64,000 nt of DNA from positions 1,857 through 65,856 of the forward strand of contig CAJUNM010000002.1 of NCBI GenBank assembly GCA_910587805.1, given 5' to 3'. The translations under genes were made by a program, and so were the position numbers. The first letter of the stretch is position 1. Each line of letters begins with the position of its first letter. This DNA is from an uncultured Christensenellaceae bacterium (lineage in GTDB: Bacteria; Bacillota; Clostridia; Christensenellales; Pumilibacteraceae). The notes under the pieces are model-generated. The model searched no databases and was not told the origin of the DNA. It worked only from the letters and a program-made list of their open reading frames with translations. Shown here one piece after another: positions 18,358 through 30,412 of this stretch.

Positions 18358-19965
18358 ATGCCAAAGGATACGAACAAAGAAAAAAACGATAAATTGCATG
18401 CGGATATGAGATTCGTATTGAAGATCGCTATATACGCCGTTGCGGCGGTCGTAGGCGCGGCGCTTTTGTCGTTGCTTTTTTATTCGTTCGTCGCAGTGGC
18501 GAACGCGCCGTTTTGTCCGTCGGCGGGAGGAAACGATAAGCTTGTGTTTGTGACGGACGACGCCATGTCGCCGAGTATTTCGCGCGGCGATGCGGTCACG
18601 GTTGCGCAGCCTGAAACCCCGTTCGACGTGCCGCTCGGCGCGATAGTCGCGTATAAAGACAAGGACAAAATATTTTGCAGACGCGTGCAGTTTATAATAC
18701 ATACAGACGCCGGCACTGAGTACGACGTGCGCGCCGATAACGACGCGATTGTCGTGCGAGTTGCGTTCCGCGATATAGTCGGAGTTTATACGGGCGACAG
18801 AACGGGCGGATTGGGCGCGTTCCTTCACGGCGTCGGATCGCCTATGGGCATGACGGTCATACTTTTCGTATGCGCGGCGTACTGCGGGCTTGTCGTGTGG
18901 TATATTGTAAGAATGCGAAACGCCGAGCGCAAACGCCTCGAAACGGCTGCGCTCGAGCGCAGTATAAAAGAACTTTCGGGCGTTTGTTTGCGTTACGATA
19001 ATATTTGCGAAATAACGGCGGTTCTCGATGTTTTGGAAATGCTCGCGCAAAAACCGCAATCGGGCGCCGAACGCAAGGCGCAAGCCGAGCGGTTGAGCAG
19101 TTTTATAGACGCGCATACCATCGAATTGCCGCAGACCCCCGAAACGGCTGCGGTGCTCGATTCGTTGCCCGCGCCCGATAATCCCGATACGCTTGCCGCC
19201 GCGCTCCGCGCAGGCGCTACACTGCGCCAAGCCGAGGACGGGCAAACGCTTGTGTTGACCGGACTTTCGGGCGGCAAGAGCATACTTTTAACGCCTATAC
19301 AGACTCCCGACGGAGTAATGCTATGCAGACAAGGCGTGCGTATCCGCGCGGAGATAGCGCCCAACCTCGAGCAGATAGGAGTGACGAGCATGCCGAGTTT
19401 CCCCGAGTTTTTCGAGGGGCAGCCGCTCGAAAAACACGTCGCGTATCCCGAATTGCCGAGTCCGCACGAGCCGTTCGGTCCCGACACGCTGTTCTCGTAC
19501 GGTTCCGACCGTCCCGTGTCAACCGATATAATCGATGCGGCGAATGCGCTGCCGGTGGCGCAGTCTTATTCGCATAAACGTGAAATAACGTCGCACAATG
19601 CGTACGACGATTATCTTGCGCTCGAAGCGCCCAAGGCTAAACAGCAGGCGGCGCGGCTCGAGTCGTTGCTTAAATCGGCGCAGCCGCTAACGCAAAGCGA
19701 GCGCGAGCTTGTGGCGCGGTATAAGAAAGAAAACGCGCCCGCGAAAAAACCGTCTTCTCCGTTGACCCCCGAGCAGAAAGCGGCGCGTAAAGCCAAAGCC
19801 GAGCAAAAAAAGAAGCAAAAAGCGGAGTTTATCAATTCGTTGAGCGCCGAGGACAAGGTGAAGTACGAAGCCGAGCAAAACCTCAAAAAAGTTCGCGCCG
19901 CAGCTATCCGCAAGCTTAAAAAAGCCGAGGCGGACAGAAAAATTCTCGAAAAGATCAAAGAATAA
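18358..19965 (+). CDS. Hypothetical membrane protein with a degenerate S24/S26 (SipW-like) peptidase-fold segment and a Lys-rich C-terminus
   Basis: TM helix, then DDAMSPSISRGDAVTV...IVAYKD...FCRRV, which resembles the SM.P.I..GD / THRI blocks. A second TM helix, then a long low-complexity tail. Confidence 0.55.
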   Translation: MPKDTNKEKNDKLHADMRFVLKIAIYAVAAVVGAALLSLLFYSFVAVANAPFCPSAGGNDKLVFVTDDAMSPSISRGDAVTVAQPETPFDVPLGAIVAYKDKDKIFCRRVQFIIHTDAGTEYDVRADNDAIVVRVAFRDIVGVYTGDRTGGLGAFLHGVGSPMGMTVILFVCAAYCGLVVWYIVRMRNAERKRLETAALERSIKELSGVCLRYDNICEITAVLDVLEMLAQKPQSGAERKAQAERLSSFIDAHTIELPQTPETAAVLDSLPAPDNPDTLAAALRAGATLRQAEDGQTLVLTGLSGGKSILLTPIQTPDGVMLCRQGVRIRAEIAPNLEQIGVTSMPSFPEFFEGQPLEKHVAYPELPSPHEPFGPDTLFSYGSDRPVSTDIIDAANALPVAQSYSHKREITSHNAYDDYLALEAPKAKQQAARLESLLKSAQPLTQSERELVARYKKENAPAKKPSSPLTPEQKAARKAKAEQKKKQKAEFINSLSAEDKVKYEAEQNLKKVRAAAIRKLKKAEADRKILEKIKE

Positions 19966-19973
19966 AGCATTAT

Positions 19974-20030
19974 CGGCGGCTAACGCCGCATTAAGGTTGA
20001 GATTCTTCGGCTGCGCCTCGGAATAGCCTG
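19974..20030 (+). repeat. Dispersed intergenic repeat, copy b
   Basis: CGGCGGCTAACGCCGCATTAAGGTTGAGATTCTTCGGCTGCGCCTCGGAATAGCC. Confidence 0.7.
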
Positions 20031-20097
20031 CGGCTGCTGCGTAGGACAAAAACAATCCTAACGATTATCGGTGCTTTGGATAGAATACATAACGAAC

Positions 20098-20128
20098 AAA
20101 CAATCAAAAAATCGACTTTTGATTGTTT
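20098..20128. terminator. A/T-rich 12-bp hairpin between convergent genes (possible bidirectional terminator)
   Basis: AAACAATCAAAA / TTTTGATTGTTT with a 7-nt loop. Confidence 0.4.
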
Positions 20129-20208
20129 GCCATACGCAGCCGCATGGACCGAACGAGTGCATAAAAAATCAAGTGAGTTTTCTGTTTAATATCCGCGATT
20201 GATCCTAT

Positions 20209-21744
20209 CTACATCAGCGGCGCGAAAAGACGCATAATACTGCGCGCGAGCACGGTCAACAGAGTAACGTCGCTTATTTCCTCGTCGGTCACGCGGTGGC
20301 TTGCGGCGATTATGCCGTCGAAGTCGGCGGTCATATCGGCGATCGAATCCGTGCCGTAGAGCAGCGCGCCGCATTCGTAGTGCAGATAGAACGAGCGATA
20401 GTCCATATTGCATGTTCCGATAAACGCGCGCTTGCCGTCGACTATCATCATTTTCGCATGAATGAACCCCGGCGTATACGTGTATATTTTAATTCCCGAC
20501 TTGATCAATTGTTCGGCGAACGATTTGGTCGATTTGTATACGAGTTTTTTATCGGGCACGGCGGGTATTACTATTCGCACGTCCACGCCGGCTTTTGCGG
20601 CGTTGCGCAAAGCGGTCGCCGTCTCGTTGTCGAGTATCAGATACGGAGTGGTGATATACAGCGATTTTTCGGCGGTGGATATAAGGTTTATAAACGCGCT
20701 CTCTATCAGATTGTCGTTCCGTCCCGGACCGCACGACAGCGGCTGAACATAACCGTTTCTCGGGGGGGGGCTGACATTTTGTATAAAATAGTTTTCGTAA
20801 TAAATCGGTTCGTCGGATAGAATATGCCAGAACGCGAGAAACATTGCTGTAAAACTGCATACCGCGTCGCCATCGAAACGCATATGCGTGTCTTTCCAGT
20901 GCCCGAAGCGAACTTTTTTGTTCGCGTATTCGTCGGCTATGTTGTTCCCGCCTGTGTATGCTATTGAGCCGTCGATCACGGTTATTTTTCGGTGAGAACG
21001 ATTGTTGAGCCGCACGTCGAACGATGCGGTCACGCGATTGAACGGCAATATCCGTATGCCGTGCGCGCGCAGGTTTTCGATCGTTTTTTTCGGCAGTGTG
21101 AACATACATCCCACATCGTCGTATATTATTTTAACGTCCACGCCGTGCTCGGCGCGCTCGATGAGCGCAGCCTCGAGTTCGTTCCAAACCGCGCCGCGCT
21201 CGATTATAAAATACTCCATCAATATAAATTTCCGCGCCGCGCGAATATCGTCGAGCATGCGCGGAAAAAAGTCGTCGCCGAGCGGAAAGTATTCCGTCGC
21301 CGTGTTTGAATATACGGGATACGATGCGGAGTTGAGCACAAGCTCGGCGCAAGTTGTTCCCGTGGGGTTAAGCTCGCCGCGTTCGGACGCAATGTGTGCA
21401 TTGATGGTGTTGAGCAGTATTTGCGACGCGTCGGACGCTTCCCTCAGGCGTTTGCGCACGCGCCTCGGCGTGTGCTGCCGTCCGATAAACAGATACATCG
21501 ATCCGCCGAAAACAGGCACGAGCAGAATGAGTATACACCAACTGAGTTTGTAGCTCGGGTTCATGTCGCGAGAAACGATGTACAGACAAACCGCGATGCT
21601 CAAAACGTATTGCACTAACCATATCCACTGCCAGCGCGTTGCGGCGAACGAGACCGCGACCACTACGATGGCGGCTTGCAACAACAGCGATATAAAAGCG
21701 ATTAACGCCTTATGTGAAAACAGCTTGATCAGTTTACGGAACAT
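20209..21744 (-). CDS. cls: Cardiolipin synthase
   Basis: Two HKD motifs (HRKITVIDGSIAYTGGNN and HAKMMIVDGKRAFIGTCN). N-terminal TM helices. Confidence 0.9.
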   Translation of the reverse strand: MFRKLIKLFSHKALIAFISLLLQAAIVVVAVSFAATRWQWIWLVQYVLSIAVCLYIVSRDMNPSYKLSWCILILLVPVFGGSMYLFIGRQHTPRRVRKRLREASDASQILLNTINAHIASERGELNPTGTTCAELVLNSASYPVYSNTATEYFPLGDDFFPRMLDDIRAARKFILMEYFIIERGAVWNELEAALIERAEHGVDVKIIYDDVGCMFTLPKKTIENLRAHGIRILPFNRVTASFDVRLNNRSHRKITVIDGSIAYTGGNNIADEYANKKVRFGHWKDTHMRFDGDAVCSFTAMFLAFWHILSDEPIYYENYFIQNVSPPPRNGYVQPLSCGPGRNDNLIESAFINLISTAEKSLYITTPYLILDNETATALRNAAKAGVDVRIVIPAVPDKKLVYKSTKSFAEQLIKSGIKIYTYTPGFIHAKMMIVDGKRAFIGTCNMDYRSFYLHYECGALLYGTDSIADMTADFDGIIAASHRVTDEEISDVTLLTVLARSIMRLFAPLM

Positions 21745-21898
21745 TTCATCCTCGCTCGGTTGCCGATCGATTATATTTTGTGAGTATTATAGCACCGTAA
21801 TGTGAAAAAGTCATTGAAATTTCGTGTTCGACAAAATTTTTAATCAAATTCTAATAGGCGGCGGAAAAACCGCCGAGCGGGGCGGATCGGCAAAACGC

Positions 21899-21927
21899 TT
21901 GACAAAGATACCGCAAAGTTTTATACT
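21899..21927 (+). promoter_or_regulatory. SigA promoter: TTGACA, 17 nt, TATACT
   Basis: TTGACA 21899-21904, TATACT 21922-21927. About 95 nt upstream of pgk. Confidence 0.55.
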
Positions 21928-22022
21928 TGTTTAGTACGACCGATTAAGGCAGCGCGTGATTTCGCGTCGCGTGATCGGCGGTCTTACTTAATTAGAAATA
22001 AACCAATCGGGAGTGTATTATC

Positions 22023-23327
22023 ATGAATAAAAAGTGCGTAAACGACATCGACGTTAAAGGCAAGCGCGTTCTCGTGCGTTGCGACTTCAACGTACCCATG
22101 AAAGACGGCGTTATAACCGACGAGAACAGGATCATCGGCGCGTTGCCCACGATAAAATATCTGCTCGAGCGCGGCGCGTATGTGACGCTTTGCTCGCATA
22201 TGGGCAAGCCGCATTCGATTTTGTCGGCAGAGGTCAAGCTCAACAAGAAAGACAAGAAAAAGGTCGAGGCGGGCGAGACGACCGCCGACGAGATAATCGC
22301 AAAGGCGAAAAAAGACGAGCCGAAAAAGCTCACGCTCGCGCCCGTCGCCAAACGGCTCAACGAGCTGCTCGGCGGAAAAGTGACGTTTGCGACCGACGTT
22401 ATCGGTCCCGACGCAACGGCGAAGCGCAAAGCTTGCAAAGCGGGCGAAGCGGTATTGCTCGAAAATCTCCGTTTCCATTGGGAAGAGGAAGGCAAGGAAG
22501 AAAGTTTCTGCAAAGCGCTCGCGGGCGACGCCGAAGTTTACGTAAACGACGCGTTCGGAACGGCGCACCGTTCGCATGCGTCTACGGCTGCCATTGTCGA
22601 ATACGGCATCGTAAAGACCGCCGTTTGCGGATTCCTTATCGAAAAAGAGCTTTCGGTAATGGGCGCGACGATAGAGAACCCGCCGCACCCGTTCGTGGCG
22701 ATACTCGGCGGCGCAAAGGTCGCGGATAAGCTCAACGTTATATCCAATCTCCTCGAAAAATGCGATACGCTCATTATCGGCGGCGGCATGGCATATACGT
22801 TCCTCAAAGCCAAAGGTTACGAGGTCGGCACGTCGCTCCTCGACGAGGAAAAGATCGGATATTGCAAAGACATGATCGAAAAAGCAAAAGCTATGGGCAA
22901 GGAACTCGTATTGCCCGTGGATACCGTCACCACCACGCATTTCCCCGAGCCTATCGACGAGGACATCGCGGTAGTAACCGTACCGTCGAACGAGATCCCC
23001 GCCGACAAGATGGGTATGGACATAGGCGAAAAGACGCGCGCGCTCTACGCCGAAAAGGTAAAGAGCGCAAAAGCGGTCGTTTGGAACGGACCTATGGGCG
23101 TTTTTGAAAACCCCGTACTCGCCAAAGGCACGATGGCTGTTGCGCAGGCGCTCGCCGACGTGTACGGCAAGTGCACCACCATTATCGGCGGCGGAGACAG
23201 TGCGGCTGCGGTCAAGCAGCTCGGCTTTGCGGACAAAATGAGCCACATAAGCACGGGCGGCGGCGCTTCGCTCGAATATCTCGAAGGCAAGGTCTTGCCC
23301 GGTATAGCATGCCTCAACGATAAATAA
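22023..23327 (+). CDS. pgk: Phosphoglycerate kinase (with a ~35-aa Lys-rich insertion)
   Basis: Motifs [37 protein letters not shown]. Confidence 0.95.
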   Translation: MNKKCVNDIDVKGKRVLVRCDFNVPMKDGVITDENRIIGALPTIKYLLERGAYVTLCSHMGKPHSILSAEVKLNKKDKKKVEAGETTADEIIAKAKKDEPKKLTLAPVAKRLNELLGGKVTFATDVIGPDATAKRKACKAGEAVLLENLRFHWEEEGKEESFCKALAGDAEVYVNDAFGTAHRSHASTAAIVEYGIVKTAVCGFLIEKELSVMGATIENPPHPFVAILGGAKVADKLNVISNLLEKCDTLIIGGGMAYTFLKAKGYEVGTSLLDEEKIGYCKDMIEKAKAMGKELVLPVDTVTTTHFPEPIDEDIAVVTVPSNEIPADKMGMDIGEKTRALYAEKVKSAKAVVWNGPMGVFENPVLAKGTMAVAQALADVYGKCTTIIGGGDSAAAVKQLGFADKMSHISTGGGASLEYLEGKVLPGIACLNDK

Positions 23328-23383
23328 ACGGCGATCGTGCGGCGCAACCGCCGCGATCGCAAAAAGATTTAATACGTTATAAT

Positions 23384-23824
23384 ATGAAAAACGGTCTTGC
23401 TCGCGCGCTCGCAATAATCGCGCTCGTATTCATGGTAATATTCATCGCCGCGCTTATAGCGACGGTGATCGACAAAACCTTGCTCAACGGTTCTGTCGGG
23501 TATATCGCGCTCGGCTGCGGAGTATTTGTGATGATGATATTCCTCGCATTGCGCGCCGACGGCAGAGGATTTTCCATTACCAAGATGAACAACGAGATCG
23601 AAATGAAAAAGATCGAGGAAGAGCTGAAAAAACAGCAAGAGCGCGAACAGGCGGAAAAAGCCGAAAAGGAGCGGGCTGCGAACGCCGAGAACGCGGACGG
23701 TCAAACGCCCGAATCGGTCCAAACAGCGGACGCTTGCGCCGAAAAAACGGCAGCGGACGACGCCGTTGTCGCGGAAAAAACAGAGACCGAACCACGCAAA
23801 AACAGCGGAACAAAAAAGAAATAG
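23384..23824 (+). CDS. Hypothetical membrane protein with charged C-terminal tail
   Basis: Two TM segments followed by a Glu/Lys-rich region. Start uncertain: no SD, and TATAAT abuts the ATG. Confidence 0.45.
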   Translation: MKNGLARALAIIALVFMVIFIAALIATVIDKTLLNGSVGYIALGCGVFVMMIFLALRADGRGFSITKMNNEIEMKKIEEELKKQQEREQAEKAEKERAANAENADGQTPESVQTADACAEKTAADDAVVAEKTETEPRKNSGTKKK

Positions 23825-23843
23825 CCGAAAACGGCGACGGGTA

Positions 23844-24611
23844 TCATACGGTATCGCGTCGCTGTTTTTTTACGTACTTGACTATGTTTACGACCGACGC
23901 AATAACGAACAGCAAAGCGCATACGCCCGCGCACACGAGCGTTATTATCGAGTAGTCCGTGAACGCGGCAACGGCAAACAGCGCGGCGGAAAGTACGAGA
24001 TAGCGCGCGATCTTGTCCTTGTCGAACGCGCCCGAAAGCTTATACGGCTTGCCGCGTTTTTTCGCGGCGAACGCGCGCTTGGGCATACAGTCGAGCGAAC
24101 GGAACAGCTTATACGTCGCGTCGCCGTCGACCGCGGTGAAAGAAAAGCCTTCCACTTGGGGCACGGTGCGCGGCAGAGTTTTGCAAAACGCATATACCTT
24201 GGTTGCGCCGTAGTGTTTTGCACGCGCTATCATGCGCGCGCAGTCGCGCTCCGACGGCGGGGTGTCGAAGTAAAAGAACGCCGCCGTTTTGCCGCAGTAA
24301 ACGCCGTTACCGTGCCGTTCGGCGTTTGTTTTTTTCGATTGCAAGGCGCGGCACAGTAAAAAAGCGGGAGCTTGACCGGACTTGAACATGAAGTCGAAAA
24401 ACATATCCGCCGCTTCGCGCGAGATACGCTCGGTTTTTTCTTTGCGCTTACGGCGCAATGCAGACAGAAAAAGCGCGCAGCTTGTTATGCACGCGGCGCA
24501 GAACGCGGAAGCGGACAGCGGCAGAAAGTATCTGAATACGGCGGTGACCGCGCAGAATACTATCACCGCGCCGATCGAATTGTCTACAATTTTCGCAAAC
24601 TTGCTTTTCAT
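23844..24611 (-). CDS. Hypothetical membrane protein
   Basis: TM helices at both ends with a soluble middle domain. ATG at 24611 preferred over TTG at 24629. Confidence 0.5.
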   Translation of the reverse strand: MKSKFAKIVDNSIGAVIVFCAVTAVFRYFLPLSASAFCAACITSCALFLSALRRKRKEKTERISREAADMFFDFMFKSGQAPAFLLCRALQSKKTNAERHGNGVYCGKTAAFFYFDTPPSERDCARMIARAKHYGATKVYAFCKTLPRTVPQVEGFSFTAVDGDATYKLFRSLDCMPKRAFAAKKRGKPYKLSGAFDKDKIARYLVLSAALFAVAAFTDYSIITLVCAGVCALLFVIASVVNIVKYVKKQRRDTV

Positions 24612-24681
24612 GCTTGTAATTATCGACAAAGTATGTTAAAATTAGTCTTAAGAAAAGCAAATCTACGAGAGACAGAGAATT

Positions 24682-25662
24682 ATGGAAACCGTAATATTGC
24701 AACCGAACAAAGAAAACTTGTATAAATGCGCGGCTCACCTTAAGTCGGGCGGGCTTGTCGCGTTTCCTACCGAAACGGTATACGCGCTCGGCGCGGTCGC
24801 AACGAACGCGGCGGCGGTGGAAAAGGTGTTCGACGTAAAAAAACGTTCGCACGATAAACCGCTTATCGTCGCTGTAGCGAAAAAATCGGATATTGCGACT
24901 GTGGCGCGGAATATTCCCGATAAAGCGCGCGCGCTTATCGACGCATTCATGCCGGGCGCGCTTACTCTGCTGCTCGACCGCGCCGAGAATATTCCCGATG
25001 CGGTGACCGCGGGCGGCGATACCGTTGCCGTACGTATTCCCGATAACGAGACAGCCAAAACGCTCATAGAGCTTACGGGCGCGCCCGTAGTAGTGCCGAG
25101 CGCGAACATTTCCGAAAAGACAAGCCCTACGCTCGCAAGTCACGTTTACGACGATCTCAACGGCAAAATAAGCTACATACTCGACGGCGGCGCGTCCGAG
25201 ATAGGCATAGAATCGACCATAATAGACACGCGTTGCGATCCGCCCGAAATATTGCGCGGCGGCGGCGTTACCGCGGACATGATAGAACGCGTCATAGGTA
25301 AAGTAAAGTTCAAGCGCGAGAGCGTTTGCGGCGGGAACTATATGCCGCTTGCCGAGGTGTTCTTTTCCGCATACTACGACGGCATGACACAAAATATCTG
25401 CGCGCGGTATGACGAGCTTGCAAAGCACGGTCGCAAGACCGCCGTTATTTGCTTGGACGGCAACGCCGCGTATTACGGCGAGCGCAAGCTGTACCGCGTG
25501 GGCAAGAGCTATTCCGACTACGCGCATAATTTGTTTGCCGCATTGCGCAAAGCCGACGCCGAGCACGTCGACGCGGTGATAGCCGAAGGCGTCGTGTCCG
25601 AGGGCATAGGGCTGTCGCTCATAAACCGATTGTGCAAGATAAGCAGAGGAAACATTATATAG
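24682..25662 (+). CDS. tsaC: L-threonylcarbamoyladenylate synthase (long Sua5/YwlC form)
   Basis: FPTETVYALGA, KKRSHDKPLIV, SANISEK, plus a Sua5 C-terminal domain. Confidence 0.9.
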   Translation: METVILQPNKENLYKCAAHLKSGGLVAFPTETVYALGAVATNAAAVEKVFDVKKRSHDKPLIVAVAKKSDIATVARNIPDKARALIDAFMPGALTLLLDRAENIPDAVTAGGDTVAVRIPDNETAKTLIELTGAPVVVPSANISEKTSPTLASHVYDDLNGKISYILDGGASEIGIESTIIDTRCDPPEILRGGGVTADMIERVIGKVKFKRESVCGGNYMPLAEVFFSAYYDGMTQNICARYDELAKHGRKTAVICLDGNAAYYGERKLYRVGKSYSDYAHNLFAALRKADAEHVDAVIAEGVVSEGIGLSLINRLCKISRGNII

Positions 25663-25706
25663 GAATTAAGAATTCGGAATTAAGAATTTAGGAATTCAGA
25701 ATTATG
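25663..25706 (+). repeat. Tandem GGAATT(A/C)AGAATT motif, 3 units
   Basis: GGAATTAAGAATTC GGAATTAAGAATTTA GGAATTCAGAATTA. Lies directly upstream of repeat copy c. Confidence 0.8.
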
Positions 25707-25707
25707 G

Positions 25708-25762
25708 GGCGGCTTCGACGCATTAAAGCGGCTATTCTTCGCCGATGGCTCGGAATAGCAAC
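25708..25762 (+). repeat. Dispersed intergenic repeat, copy c
   Basis: GGCGGCTTCGACGCATTAAAGCGGCTATTCTTCGCCGATGGCTCGGAATAGCA. Confidence 0.7.
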
Positions 25763-25800
25763 CTTAGAAAATCGAAAGCCTGCGCATTAAGGAGACGCTA

Positions 25801-26271
25801 ATGGATAAAGTCAAAGTGAAAATTCTTTTCGTTTGTACGGGCAATACTTGTCGGTCGCCTATGGCGGAATTTATGTTCAAAGAATATCTCAAGGAAAAGA
25901 AATGCGGCGGGAACTTTTCGGTGTCGAGCGCGGGCTTGTACGCCGAGCGCGGCGCGGTCCTCAGCGACGGTGCGGATAAGGCGCTCGAGGCTTTGGGCGT
26001 TAAGCATACGATGCGCAAAGCGCGCATGCTCACCGTGCAGATGTGTAACGATGCAGACGTAATTATCGCCGTTACAAACGAGCACGCGCGTGCGTGCGGC
26101 GAGGGCGCGTATTCGTTCGAGCGGTTTACCGGCAGACCCGTTCTCGACCCGTACGGCGGCTCTCTGCGCGTCTATTTGGACTGCGCCGCGCAAATGCGTT
26201 CCGCATTCGACGGAATTTACGACGTTTGCGCCGACGTATACGATAAAAAGACAAACGCTCGGAAATGCTGA
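25801..26271 (+). CDS. Low-molecular-weight protein tyrosine/arginine phosphatase (YwlE-like)
   Basis: P-loop CTGNTCRSPMAE and a DP motif. Confidence 0.9.
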   Translation: MDKVKVKILFVCTGNTCRSPMAEFMFKEYLKEKKCGGNFSVSSAGLYAERGAVLSDGADKALEALGVKHTMRKARMLTVQMCNDADVIIAVTNEHARACGEGAYSFERFTGRPVLDPYGGSLRVYLDCAAQMRSAFDGIYDVCADVYDKKTNARKC

Positions 26272-26380
26272 CTACAGCGGACGTTGCGCCGCGTCGGACG
26301 GAAAAATATTTATTCGACACCGCCGCCGAGTAATTGGGCGTTTGCCGGATAAAATGTGGAAAAAGTGCATACTAAAACGA

Positions 26381-26409
26381 ATGACATTTTGCCGCGAATG
26401 TGGTATAAT
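26381..26409 (+). promoter_or_regulatory. Promoter: -35 ATGACA, 17 nt, extended -10 TGgTATAAT
   Basis: ATGACA 26381-26386, TATAAT 26404-26409. Confidence 0.5.
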
Positions 26410-26445
26410 GATTAGCAAGCGAAACGGAAGGACAAGGAGACGGTT

Positions 26446-26880
26446 ATGGTTTATATCGGCTGCGATCACGGCGGCGTGGAGCTTAAAAACAAATTGATCG
26501 ATTATATCGAGGCTATGGGCGAAGAGGTAAAAGACCTCGGCGCTTGCACGTCCGAGTCTGTCGATTATCCGGACTACGGTTTTGCCGTGGGCGAAGCCGT
26601 GGCAAAGGACGGCGGCTCGCGCGGCATAGTTATATGCAAGACTGGCGTCGGAATGAGCATATGCGCCAACAAGGTCAAGGGCGTGCGCTGCGCGCTTTGC
26701 ACTTCCGTCGATATGGGCAGGCTTTGCCGCGAGCACAACGACGCAAACGTGCTTGCGCTCGGCGCGTCCAACACGAGCGCCGAGACCGCGCTCGAGATCG
26801 CAAAGGCGTTTTTGACTGCCGAGTTTGCGGGCGGACGGCATGCTAACCGTGTCGGCAAGATCGTGAGCTACGAGGAATAA
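26446..26880 (+). CDS. rpiB: Ribose-5-phosphate isomerase B
   Basis: GCDHGG and ICKTGVGMSICANK. Order tsaC-PTP-rpiB matches B. subtilis ywlC-ywlE-ywlF. Confidence 0.9.
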   Translation: MVYIGCDHGGVELKNKLIDYIEAMGEEVKDLGACTSESVDYPDYGFAVGEAVAKDGGSRGIVICKTGVGMSICANKVKGVRCALCTSVDMGRLCREHNDANVLALGASNTSAETALEIAKAFLTAEFAGGRHANRVGKIVSYEE

Positions 26881-26881
26881 T

Positions 26882-27250
26882 ATGCCCAAAACCGATAAAA
26901 AAGCAATGACGTACGAGAGCCGCGAGGAGCTTGAAAAAAACTTCGAGACAGCCGTAAACGACATACTGTCAGCCGAGCGCGAGGCGAAGTCGATCGCAGA
27001 TCAAGCGGACGAAACGGTGCGCGAGCTTTCACGCGACGCCGCCGTGCGCGAGCGGGAAATGCGCGAGGCGCATCGGCTTGCGATAAAATCGATGCGCGCC
27101 GAGGCGATAGCGGCGGCGGTCAGGGACGGAGAAAAGCAAGCCGAACAAATAAGATCGCACGCGCAAAAGGCGGGCGACGAGCTTGTCGCGCAAAAGCAAA
27201 AACAAATACAAGAGTCGGCGGACGAACTTTTTGCCGCCGTCGGGGGCTGA
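26882..27250 (+). CDS. Coiled-coil protein, probable V-type ATPase peripheral-stalk subunit (G/H-like)
   Basis: Charged helical Ala/Glu/Arg/Lys-rich 122 aa. First gene of the ntp cluster. Confidence 0.5.
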   Translation: MPKTDKKAMTYESREELEKNFETAVNDILSAEREAKSIADQADETVRELSRDAAVREREMREAHRLAIKSMRAEAIAAAVRDGEKQAEQIRSHAQKAGDELVAQKQKQIQESADELFAAVGG

Positions 27251-27260
27251 AGGATAGAGT

Positions 27261-29833
<2,573 letters not shown>

Positions 29834-30412
29834 ATGCAGGGCGATAAGCGGCTTATCGACGATATACTCGCAACGGCGAAGGCGGCGGCGGAAGCAGCCG
29901 TGAACGAGGCGACCGAAAATAATACCGCCGCGCTCAAAAAGGTGCAGGCGGAGCTTGACGCGCAACGCGCTCAAGCCGAAGCGGAGATAAAGGCGGCGGC
30001 AGACCGCGAGCGCGCGGGCAAAGTCAAGCTCGGCGAACTCGAAGCGGGCAAGATCATGCTCGACGCCAAGCAGCGCTGCGTGAGCGCGGTGTACGACGAG
30101 GTTTACAAAAAGCTCGTCGGACTGTCTAACGAAAAATATCTTGCGCTCATGAAAAAGCTCATATCGCGGACTTGCGAGGACGGCGACGAGATAATCGCGT
30201 CGTCTGCCGACAAGAGCATTACCGACGCATGGGTGAAAAAACTCGGCGGCGAGCTTAAGAAAAAGCTGTCGCTATCCGCCGAGCGCGGCGAGTTTTCGCG
30301 CGGCGTGATACTGCGTAATCCCAAATACGACAAAAGTCTTACGTTCGACGATATAGTCGCCGAGCTGAAAGAACGGACGGTCGGCGATACCGTGGCGAGG
30401 CTCGGATTATGA
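29834..30412 (+). CDS. ntpE: V-type ATP synthase subunit E
   Basis: Helical N-terminus plus a globular C-terminus. Operon position fits. Confidence 0.8.
   Translation: MQGDKRLIDDILATAKAAAEAAVNEATENNTAALKKVQAELDAQRAQAEAEIKAAADRERAGKVKLGELEAGKIMLDAKQRCVSAVYDEVYKKLVGLSNEKYLALMKKLISRTCEDGDEIIASSADKSITDAWVKKLGGELKKKLSLSAERGEFSRGVILRNPKYDKSLTFDDIVAELKERTVGDTVARLGL

Noticed and set aside
21928-22022. Direct repeat CGCGTGAT...CGCGTGAT in the pgk leader, considered as a CggR-type operator.
   Set aside because: It does not match the known CggR operator consensus as I recall it. It is short and could arise by chance. No cggR or gapA gene is in the window.
25663-25706. Tandem GAATTAAGAATT units considered as a possible CRISPR array or iteron set.
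   Set aside because: There are only three contiguous 14-15-nt units with no spacers and no cas or replication genes nearby. Reported as a simple repeat instead.
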